A DNA stretch of 31,629 bases, taken from the NCBI GenBank assembly GCA_038064155.1, contig JBBTTR010000024.1, positions 1-31,629 of the forward strand. The letters are read 5' to 3'. Within the stretch, counting starts at the first letter, position 1; each line of letters starts with the position of its first letter. The stretch comes from Patescibacteria group bacterium. Its GTDB lineage: Bacteria; Patescibacteriota; Minisyncoccia; Phycocordibacterales; UBA2163. Shown piece after piece: positions 1-7,438 of the stretch. The notes below the pieces were generated by a model. It did no database searches and was not told the origin of the DNA. It saw only the letters and a list, made by a program, of their open reading frames with translations. The position numbers were made by a program, and so were the translations under genes.

Positions 1-52
1 TTTAAAATGTTTTTGCTCAACCAGACCATAAATTTTTGTGTTTCGTAATTCA
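1..52 (+). repeat. Family A hairpin element, copy 1 (right part only, cut by window edge)
   Basis: Identical to the right half of copies 2 and 3, ending TAAATTTTTGTGTTTCGTAATTCA. Confidence 0.95.
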
Positions 53-71
53 AGAGTTTAATTAAAAAAAC

Positions 72-917
72 ATGGACTCAAAAAATATAATAACAATTCT
101 CGTAGCAATAATTATAGTTCTAGGATTTGGCTACTTTGGAACTATGAATATATGGAAAGGCACAATGATGAATGACGAGCGTCATGAAGACGAAGTGATA
201 GAAGAACATGAGATTTATCCCGGTGATGTCGCGGAAAAAATAAAAAACGGCGAAGATATCGTACTACTTGATGTACGAACATTGAAAGAATATGAAGAAA
301 TTCATCTTAAGAATGCACTCTTACTTCCTGTGCAGGAATTATCTGCACGGACACTTGCAGAAATCGGTTTGGGAGATAGTGCAAAAAATAAAGAAATTAT
401 TATTTATTGCAAAAGCGGCGCAAGAAGTAAGACTGCATATGACATTATGAATTCGCTTGGATATACGAATATCAAAAGCGTTGCCGGAGGGATGATACAT
501 TGGGAGGAGGACAATTATCCTTTCACTGAGGTCGGCGAGTATAAAGAAAGAAAAATTAAAATACAATCTCAAAATGATAGCACTGGTCCAAAAATTACAG
601 TTGACCGTGCATTGCATAAATTTGGTTTAATCCATCAGTATGGCGGGACGGTTGAGACAACATTCACTGTAAAAAATGAAGGAACCGAAACGCTTGAAAT
701 CGGAGACATTACTACAAGCTGTAGCTGTACTTCAGTTAAAATTTCTTCCGCGTCAATACTTGCAGGCGGTGAAGCAAAACTTACTGTGGTGTTTGACCCT
801 GATTTTCACGAAGAGCCGACAGATGTATTTAAACGTACTATCTTTATACCAACAAACGATATGAATAATCCAGAAATGGAAGTCACGATAGAAGTTGATA
901 TAGATGAAGGAAAATAA
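72..917 (+). CDS. Membrane-anchored rhodanese domain + C-terminal DUF1573-like (Ig-like, CxC) domain protein
   Basis: N-terminal hydrophobic helix; rhodanese motifs LLDVRT..EY...HL..A and active-site loop YCKSGARS; C-terminal domain with TTSCSCT and PTND..NP typical of DUF1573. Confidence 0.8.
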   Translation: MDSKNIITILVAIIIVLGFGYFGTMNIWKGTMMNDERHEDEVIEEHEIYPGDVAEKIKNGEDIVLLDVRTLKEYEEIHLKNALLLPVQELSARTLAEIGLGDSAKNKEIIIYCKSGARSKTAYDIMNSLGYTNIKSVAGGMIHWEEDNYPFTEVGEYKERKIKIQSQNDSTGPKITVDRALHKFGLIHQYGGTVETTFTVKNEGTETLEIGDITTSCSCTSVKISSASILAGGEAKLTVVFDPDFHEEPTDVFKRTIFIPTNDMNNPEMEVTIEVDIDEGK

Positions 918-931
918 TTATTAAATTACTA

Positions 932-1036
932 TGAATTACGAAACACAAAAATTTAGATCCTCGGGTCGCAAAATCTCTTTGTTTTTTAAAATGTTTTTGC
1001 TCAACCAGACCATAAATTTTTGTGTTTCGTAATTCA
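932..1036 (+). mobile_element. Family A ~105-bp hairpin element (MITE/PATE-like), copy 2
   Basis: Perfect 24-bp terminal inverted repeats TGAATTACGAAACACAAAAATTTA (932-955) / TAAATTTTTGTGTTTCGTAATTCA (1013-1036); inner GCAAAA/TTTTGC pairing; near-identical copies at 1-52, 2582-2686 and 4756-4859. Confidence 0.8.
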
Positions 1037-1056
1037 AGAAAATTAATTAAAATAAC

Positions 1057-1527
1057 ATGAATAAATACACAATAATCTTAATAATCTTTACAATAGCTGT
1101 CATAGCTTCTTCCGTAATTATTTCTGGTAATAAAAAATCAGAAGATAATAAACAAATTACATCTGTAATCACCGTAGATAAAGAATCTTATGATTTTGGA
1201 GAAGTTGATATTTTTGGTGGCAAAGTTGAGACAACATACATTATTAAAAACGAAGGGGAACAAGATGTCAAAATCACATCTGCAATAACAAGCTGTATGT
1301 GTACAGAGGGTAAGATAGGAAAGATGAAATTTAAAATGCATAGCGCTACTGGTGGATACACAATAATACCTGCTGGTGGGCAGGAGACTCTAACAGCAAT
1401 CTATGACCCGCTAGCACATGGTCCAGATGGTACTGGCAAGATAACAAGAGAACTTACGATAAAAACAAATTCTATAACAACACCTGAAATCACGGTCAAA
1501 CTTAGTGCTGATGTTGTGAAAAATTAA
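1057..1527 (+). CDS. Membrane-anchored DUF1573-like protein
   Basis: N-terminal TM helix; DFGEV..FGGKVETTY..KNEG..ITSCMCT, paralogous to the C-terminal domain of 72..917. Confidence 0.75.
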   Translation: MNKYTIILIIFTIAVIASSVIISGNKKSEDNKQITSVITVDKESYDFGEVDIFGGKVETTYIIKNEGEQDVKITSAITSCMCTEGKIGKMKFKMHSATGGYTIIPAGGQETLTAIYDPLAHGPDGTGKITRELTIKTNSITTPEITVKLSADVVKN

Positions 1528-1531
1528 TAAT

Positions 1532-2401
1532 ATGAAAACAAAGAAAATAACTCTAGGTCAAACACTCATTGCAATAGTAGGTATGGCACTCATTGCTTTT
1601 ATTATTGTAAATACGGACATAAACTCTTCAGAAAATTCAATTGCAAACTTTGAAGAATTTGTGTTGCCGATAGATGGTATTGTATTACCGATACAGTGGA
1701 ACGATTTGGGTAAACAAATGGTAGAAGTTGGTGTAATAGATAAGGAAAAATTTGAAGCGCTATACGCAAACAGAGGCGGTTTGAATAGCGAAGATATAAA
1801 ACTTCTTTATGGTGAGGATAATGAAAACATTGTAATGAATAAAGAAAATTCAGCAATATTACTCAATATATTATGGGCATTCGGACTTTCAAATAAAAAT
1901 AAAATTTTAGAGGAAGGTCCAATGGTTGATGAAAAATATGGAGGTAATGCAGGAAATTTTGCTTCAACAGGTGGATGGGGATTGTCGGTTGGAGATGCTA
2001 TGAATCATTATAGTAAATATTCATTTGTAACATTAACAGAAAATCAGCAAAAACTTGTAGTGGATATATCAAAAAATATTTATCGTCCGTGTTGTGGTAA
2101 TTCTACACATTTTCCAGATTGTAATCATGGTATGGCAATGCTTGGACTTCTAGAATTACTCGCGTCACAAGACATAAGTGAAAAAGAAATATACGATATA
2201 GCGCTTCAAGTAAATTCGTACTGGTTCCCAGACACTTATCTTACTCTTGCGGAGTATTTTGAAGGGCGCGGTACAGGTTGGGACAAAATTAATTCAAAAG
2301 AAATTTTGGGTTCAACTTATTCAAGCGGGCAAGGATACTCAAAGATTCTCAAAAAAATGAAACCGACAAAGATACGCGGTGGAGCCGGATGTAGCGTATA
2401 G
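1532..2401 (+). CDS. Membrane-anchored hypothetical protein with Cys/His motif (PCCG-x7-CNHG, C-terminal GCSV)
   Basis: 289-aa ORF 4 nt after the previous stop; N-terminal TM helix; YRPCCGNSTHFPDCNHG. Confidence 0.8.
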   Translation: MKTKKITLGQTLIAIVGMALIAFIIVNTDINSSENSIANFEEFVLPIDGIVLPIQWNDLGKQMVEVGVIDKEKFEALYANRGGLNSEDIKLLYGEDNENIVMNKENSAILLNILWAFGLSNKNKILEEGPMVDEKYGGNAGNFASTGGWGLSVGDAMNHYSKYSFVTLTENQQKLVVDISKNIYRPCCGNSTHFPDCNHGMAMLGLLELLASQDISEKEIYDIALQVNSYWFPDTYLTLAEYFEGRGTGWDKINSKEILGSTYSSGQGYSKILKKMKPTKIRGGAGCSV

Positions 2402-2413
2402 TTAAAAGACATT

Positions 2414-2606
2414 ATGAAAAATATAATTAAATTTTTACCTGCCGATTATTATCGCAAAGTTTCTATTTGGTGGCTTGGGCGCATATGTATCAAAAAACCA
2501 TTTTACGCCAAAGACAAAAGTGTATGAAATAAGCAAAAACGCGGATGATATACTTCCGCCTATCAATCTTTACTATAACTATGAATTACGAAACACAAAA
2601 ATTTAG
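2414..2606 (+). pseudogene. Frameshifted fragment of a secreted/membrane protein gene running into element copy 3
   Basis: ATG 2414 (MKNIIKFL) joins by a 1-nt shift to LPIIIAKFLFGGLGAYVSKNHFTPKTKVYEISKNADDILPP, which reads into the repeat and stops at TAG 2604-2606. Confidence 0.45.
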
Positions 2607-2686
2607 GTCCTCGGGTCGCAAAATCCCTTTGTTTTTTAAAATGTTTTTGCTCAACCAGACCATAAATTTTTGTGTTTCGTAATTCA
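2582..2686 (+). mobile_element. Family A hairpin element, copy 3
   Basis: Same 24-bp terminal IRs; differs from copy 2 at only two internal positions (AGGTC vs AGATC, ATCCC vs ATCTC). Confidence 0.8.
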
Positions 2687-2703
2687 AGATATAATAAAAA
2701 GAT

Positions 2704-4749
2704 ATGGATAATTGTCACAAACATAATCATAAGGAATCGCATGAACATGGAAGTCATACAGACGCGATGAGCAACGACTCGACCTGCCTGCCTGCGGGCA
2801 CGGCGCGGGAGTTTTTACATCGGTTTTGGATTGTTACATTTCTTCTAATACCGCTTGTGTTGAGTAATGAAAAAATTTCTGGATTATTTAATATTGATAT
2901 ATTTGGCCTGAGCAAGTTTGTACAATTTGGTATCGCCACGGTTATTTTCTATTTCTCACTTGTATTTTTTCAGCATGCGTGGCATGAAATAAAGTCCAGA
3001 AAATATGGAATGATGACATTAGTGTCGCTCGCTGTGGGCGCTGGGTATATATTTTCTGCATCTTCTACTTTTATTGCATCACTTAATGTTGAGTTCTATC
3101 TTGAAATCTCGACTCTTATCTGGGTGTTGCTTTTCGGGCATTATTTGGAAGCACGCTCAACAGCTTCTGCTGACAATGCTCTCAAAGAGGTTGCAAAGCT
3201 TTTACCTAATCGCGCGCATAAGCTTATTGGTGATGTGGAAGAAGATGTTGATACGGCAGAACTTATAGCAGGCGATATTGTGCTTGTAAAACCGGGGGAG
3301 AAAATCCCTGCCGATGGGGTGGTAATAAAAGGCACATCAAATGTTAATGAATCTCTAATAAGCGGTGAGTCAAAACCAGTTGAAAAAAGAAAAGATAATG
3401 AAGTTGTTGCAGGGTCCATCTCGCTTGACGGTTCTTTGATTGTGAGACTTTCTCGCGTTGGAGAAAACTCAACAGTAGGGAAGATTCAAAACCTAATAGC
3501 GCAAGCGCAAAAAACAAAACCAAGTTCACAGAGAATAGTAGATAAAGCGTCGGCAATACTTACACTTGTTGCGGGAGTTACAGCGCTTTTGACTATATTG
3601 GTATGGTCACTCTTACTCGGTCTTCCATTTGTGTCAGCGATAACGCTTGGTATTACAGTGCTTGTTATAGCGTGTCCTCATGCGCTTGGGCTTGCTATCC
3701 CGACCGTGACGATGATAACCACGGCACTTACTGTGAAGAACGGAGTGTTTATAAAAAACTTAGCAAAAATTGAAACGATAAGAAAAGTAAATTATGTTGT
3801 ATTTGATAAAACAGGAACTCTGACAAAAGGAGAGTTTGGTGTGACAGATGTTACTACTTTTGGCGATGTAGACGAGAAAGAGGTTTTGCGCATAGCTGGG
3901 TCAATAGATAAACATTCCTCGCATATCATAGGGCAATCAATAGTTGATTATGCGCATAAGCAAAATGTGGAATTTGCAGACATTGATGATTTTAAAAATA
4001 TTGCGGGACATGGTAGTCGTGCAAAAATATCTGGCAGTGAGTATTTTGTAGGTAATAGCGCTTTGATGCAAAAGATGGACATATCGCTTAATGAAAATGT
4101 GAAGGACATAGCGGGAGAATTTTTTGACGACGGCAAGACTGTTGTTTTTATTGCTGGGGGTAAAAATATTCTTGGAGTCATAGCGCTTGCTGATGAGATA
4201 AAGCCCGAGTCAAAAGCGACCGTAGATAAACTCCACGAACTCGGCGTGAAGGTCGCAATGTTAACTGGAGATAATGAATTTGTAGCAAAAGGTGTCGCGC
4301 AAGAACTTGGCATTGATAAATATTTTGCGCAAGTCCTACCTGAAGAAAAATACAAACACATAAAAGATTTGCAAGAGAAAGGAAATATTGTGCTTATGGC
4401 TGGTGACGGGGTAAACGATGCGCCTGCACTTACTCAAGCAGATGTAGGTGTTGCAATCGGCGCAGGAACTGACATAGCGGTTGAAGCGGGCGATGTGGTA
4501 CTTATAAAAAGTAATCCGAACGATATCGTACGGCTTATAATCCTCTCTAAAAAAGTATATGGAAAAATAATACAAAATCTTGTTTGGGCGTTTGGGTACA
4601 ATATTGTGGCAATACCTGCGGCGGCTGGTGTCTTTGCTGGGTGGGGATTTTTCCTAAGACCTGAAATCGGCGCGCTTGTTATGAGTTTTTCAACTGTGAT
4701 AGTTGTCGCGAACGCAATGATGTTAAAGAGAGTAAATTTGGATGTGTAA
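2704..4749 (+). CDS. copB: Copper-translocating P1B-type ATPase (CopB/P1B-3 type)
   Basis: His-rich N-terminus; TGES-like SGES; CPH in TM6 (IACPHALGLA); DKTGTLT; GDGVNDAP; YN and MSFST in the last helices. Confidence 0.9.
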   Translation: MDNCHKHNHKESHEHGSHTDAMSNDSTCLPAGTAREFLHRFWIVTFLLIPLVLSNEKISGLFNIDIFGLSKFVQFGIATVIFYFSLVFFQHAWHEIKSRKYGMMTLVSLAVGAGYIFSASSTFIASLNVEFYLEISTLIWVLLFGHYLEARSTASADNALKEVAKLLPNRAHKLIGDVEEDVDTAELIAGDIVLVKPGEKIPADGVVIKGTSNVNESLISGESKPVEKRKDNEVVAGSISLDGSLIVRLSRVGENSTVGKIQNLIAQAQKTKPSSQRIVDKASAILTLVAGVTALLTILVWSLLLGLPFVSAITLGITVLVIACPHALGLAIPTVTMITTALTVKNGVFIKNLAKIETIRKVNYVVFDKTGTLTKGEFGVTDVTTFGDVDEKEVLRIAGSIDKHSSHIIGQSIVDYAHKQNVEFADIDDFKNIAGHGSRAKISGSEYFVGNSALMQKMDISLNENVKDIAGEFFDDGKTVVFIAGGKNILGVIALADEIKPESKATVDKLHELGVKVAMLTGDNEFVAKGVAQELGIDKYFAQVLPEEKYKHIKDLQEKGNIVLMAGDGVNDAPALTQADVGVAIGAGTDIAVEAGDVVLIKSNPNDIVRLIILSKKVYGKIIQNLVWAFGYNIVAIPAAAGVFAGWGFFLRPEIGALVMSFSTVIVVANAMMLKRVNLDV

Positions 4750-4755
4750 ATATTA

Positions 4756-4859
4756 TGAATTACGAAACACAAAAATTTATGGTCTGGTTGAGCAAAAACA
4801 TTTTAAAAACAAAGAGATTTTGCGACCCGAGGACCTAAATTTTTGTGTTTCGTAATTCA
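4756..4859 (-). mobile_element. Family A hairpin element, copy 4 (inverted)
   Basis: Reverse complement of copies 2/3, one T shorter in the internal T-run. Confidence 0.8.
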
Positions 4860-4881
4860 TAGTAAGATAACTATTTTTTAA

Positions 4882-4890
4882 TGGTATAAT
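4882..4890 (+). promoter_or_regulatory. Extended -10 promoter (TGGTATAAT) 9 nt before the helicase ATG
   Basis: TGn-TATAAT consensus; no SD between it and the ATG. Confidence 0.6.
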
Positions 4891-4899
4891 GGCTTCATT

Positions 4900-6549
4900 A
4901 TGAAACAAAATGAGGCGTTAGATATATTAAAAATGGGGGTAAATGTTTTTCTTACAGGCCCTGCCGGGAGTGGTAAAACATATGTTTTAAATGACTATGT
5001 TAATTTTCTTAAATCTAAAAATGTAGAGGTAGGCATTACCGCCTCAACAGGAATCGCGGCGACTCATATAGGAGGAATGACAATCCACTCATGGGCGGGA
5101 ATCGGCATTAAAGACAGTATGTCAAACAGCGAGATCCGTGATTTGTTTAAAAAAAAGCATTTAGGAGGACGCTTCAAGCGGACAAAAGTGCTTGTTATAG
5201 ACGAAGTTTCAATGTTGCATCATTTTCGCTTGGATATGGTGGATAGGGTGTGTAAGATGTTTAAAGAAAACAGCGCGCCGTTTGGTGGAATGCAAGTAAT
5301 ACTTGTTGGAGATTTTTTTCAGCTTCCACCGATATCGCGTGGGAGCGAGAAAGCACATTTTGTACATCGTTCTGATGTTTGGAGCGCGATGGGACTAAAA
5401 GTGTGTTACTTGGATGAACAGTATAGATATGAAGACGATATGCTTCTAAATCTTTTGAATAATATTCGCGCGAATAATACGGGAGAACATACGCTTGAAC
5501 CACTTCGCGCTCGGTATAAAAAGAATATTAAAGGGGTGCCTATGCCGACAAAACTTTATACGCACAATATGGATGTAGACGCGATTAATGAAAGAGAACT
5601 TGATAAATTGCCGGGGAATAATAAAATATACGAAATGAGAAGTCATGGAAACCGCGCGCTCGTGGATACATTAAAGCGAAGTTGCCTCGCGCCGGAGTAT
5701 TTGTATTTGAAAAAAAACGCCGTGGTGATATTCGTAAAAAATAATTTTGAAAAAGGATATGTAAACGGCACTCTCGGTAAAGTGATAGACTTTGAGTTTT
5801 CAGAGAAATATGGAGATAAATTACCAATAGTAGAGATTACAAAAGGTGAGAAGATTTTAGCGTCTCCGGAGAGTTGGAGGATAGAAGAAGAAGGTAAAAC
5901 AAAAGCTGAGATTAGTCAAATCCCGCTCCGTTTAGCATGGGCTATAACAGTGCACAAGAGTCAAGGAATGAGTCTAGATGCGGCAGAGATTGACCTCTCA
6001 AAGGCATTTGTAGAAGGGCAAGGGTATGTAGCGCTCTCTCGCGTGAGGACTCTTTCAGGACTCCGGTTAATGGGTTTAAATGACATGGCGCTAAAGGTAA
6101 ATGAAGAGGTTTTGGAGTTTGATAAAGAGTTGATAAGAGATTCTAAAAAGGTGACTAAAGAGTTGAAAGATTTTGCCAAAGATACTAAAGCTAAAAAACA
6201 TGAGGAATTTTTGGCATCAATAGCGCCGACTCAGGCAGATATGGAAGAAAAACTTTCTACATATGAAAGAACTAAACTTTTACTTGAACAAGAGTTTTCA
6301 ATAGATGAAATTGCAAAGAAAAGAGAAATGACAAAAGGAACTGTCGTTGGGCATATAGAAAAATTAATAGAACTTGAACAATGTCCGAATATTAATCATA
6401 TCAAAAAGGCGATTGAAGAAGAGCGATTGGAAAAAATCAAGAAAGCTTTCAAGAAATCAGGCGATACAAAACTCTCGCCAGTGCGAAACATTCTCGGAAA
6501 CAGTTTTTCTTTTGATGAACTTCGTTTGGCTAGGTTGTTTTTAGATTAA
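4900..6549 (+). CDS. Pif1-family SF1B DNA helicase with C-terminal helix-turn-helix domain
   Basis: GPAGSGKT, DEVSM, GDFFQLPP, YVNGTLG, TVHKSQGMS, YVALSR; C-terminal TYERTKLLLEQ..IDEIAKKREMTKGTVVGHI HTH-like segment. Confidence 0.9.
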   Translation: MKQNEALDILKMGVNVFLTGPAGSGKTYVLNDYVNFLKSKNVEVGITASTGIAATHIGGMTIHSWAGIGIKDSMSNSEIRDLFKKKHLGGRFKRTKVLVIDEVSMLHHFRLDMVDRVCKMFKENSAPFGGMQVILVGDFFQLPPISRGSEKAHFVHRSDVWSAMGLKVCYLDEQYRYEDDMLLNLLNNIRANNTGEHTLEPLRARYKKNIKGVPMPTKLYTHNMDVDAINERELDKLPGNNKIYEMRSHGNRALVDTLKRSCLAPEYLYLKKNAVVIFVKNNFEKGYVNGTLGKVIDFEFSEKYGDKLPIVEITKGEKILASPESWRIEEEGKTKAEISQIPLRLAWAITVHKSQGMSLDAAEIDLSKAFVEGQGYVALSRVRTLSGLRLMGLNDMALKVNEEVLEFDKELIRDSKKVTKELKDFAKDTKAKKHEEFLASIAPTQADMEEKLSTYERTKLLLEQEFSIDEIAKKREMTKGTVVGHIEKLIELEQCPNINHIKKAIEEERLEKIKKAFKKSGDTKLSPVRNILGNSFSFDELRLARLFLD

Positions 6550-6550
6550 A

Positions 6551-7297
6551 ATGATAAATATATACAAACCAATCGGTATATCACCACTTGATGCGATTAA
6601 AGCTTTGCGGGAAAAAAATCACGAATATAAAAATGTGCCGATAACATACGCTGGCCGGCTTGACCCTATGGCGGAAGGAGTTTTGATATTACTCGCAGAA
6701 GATGAGGTGCACAAGAAAGGTGAATACATAAAGCTCGATAAGGAATATGAAGCGGAAATTCTTTTTGGTTTTGAAACGGACACTTATGATATTTTGGGTA
6801 TCTCCCAACTAGTCCAGTTAACTGGACTAGTTGAAGATATTAAAAAAGAGATACAAAATATAGTTGGTGAAACATCCTTACCACTTCCGCAGTATTCTTC
6901 ATACAAGATAAAAGGTAAACCACTTTTTATGTGGGCGCGAGAAGGGAAGTTGGACGAGATAGAGATACCTATGCGGACTACACAGATTTATAATGCTGAA
7001 TTTTTGAGCTCTCGGGAAATAAATGAGGTTGATTTACTCGCGGAGATTACTGAAAAAATTAATTTAGTGAAAGGAGATTTTAGGCAGGAAGAGGTTTTGG
7101 AGAATTGGCAGGAAGTTTTAAACAAAGAAGACCAAAAATATTTTATAGTGAAAGCAAAGTTCAATGTCTCAAGTGGAACATATATACGTTCTATTGCTTA
7201 TCGTCTAGGAGGCATACTTCTTGGACTCACCCGTACAAAAGTAGGAAATTTTGATATAAAAGACTCTGTTAAAATTCAGATTGATATATACCCGTAA
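6551..7297 (+). CDS. truB: TruB-family pseudouridine synthase (short, no PUA domain)
   Basis: YKPIGISP, YAGRLDPMAEGVL (catalytic Asp), KEYEA..FGFETDTYD, SSGTYIRSIA. Confidence 0.8.
   Translation: MINIYKPIGISPLDAIKALREKNHEYKNVPITYAGRLDPMAEGVLILLAEDEVHKKGEYIKLDKEYEAEILFGFETDTYDILGISQLVQLTGLVEDIKKEIQNIVGETSLPLPQYSSYKIKGKPLFMWAREGKLDEIEIPMRTTQIYNAEFLSSREINEVDLLAEITEKINLVKGDFRQEEVLENWQEVLNKEDQKYFIVKAKFNVSSGTYIRSIAYRLGGILLGLTRTKVGNFDIKDSVKIQIDIYP
6806..6833. repeat. Perfect 28-bp palindrome inside truB
   Basis: CAACTAGTCCAGTT|AACTGGACTAGTTG, translated in frame as QLVQLTGLVE. Confidence 0.95.
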
Positions 7298-7314
7298 TAA
7301 TGATATTTTTTATA

Positions 7315-7341
7315 TCACTTGGAAACTTAGTTTCCAAGTGA
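7315..7341 (+). repeat. Family B REP-like palindrome, copy 1
   Basis: TCACTTGGAAAC-TTA-GTTTCCAAGTGA, just after the truB stop. Confidence 0.95.
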
Positions 7342-7438
7342 GAATAGACAGGCGCTTTTTGGTATAATGCAAGGTAGCATATTTGCGTATACTAATTATT
7401 TCACTCACCAGAAAAGTCCTAAGACTTTTCTGATGTTT

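Noticed and set aside
1-4859. Family A repeats as a CRISPR array or integron attC sites
   Set aside because: Units are 105 bp and separated by whole genes, with one inverted; no cas genes. Ends do not match RYYYAAC/GTTRRRY and there is no integrase in the window.
4900-6549. Pif1 helicase as a partner that resolves the palindromes
   Set aside because: Pif1-HTH proteins are a known family and nothing in the sequence links this gene to the repeats beyond adjacency to one copy.
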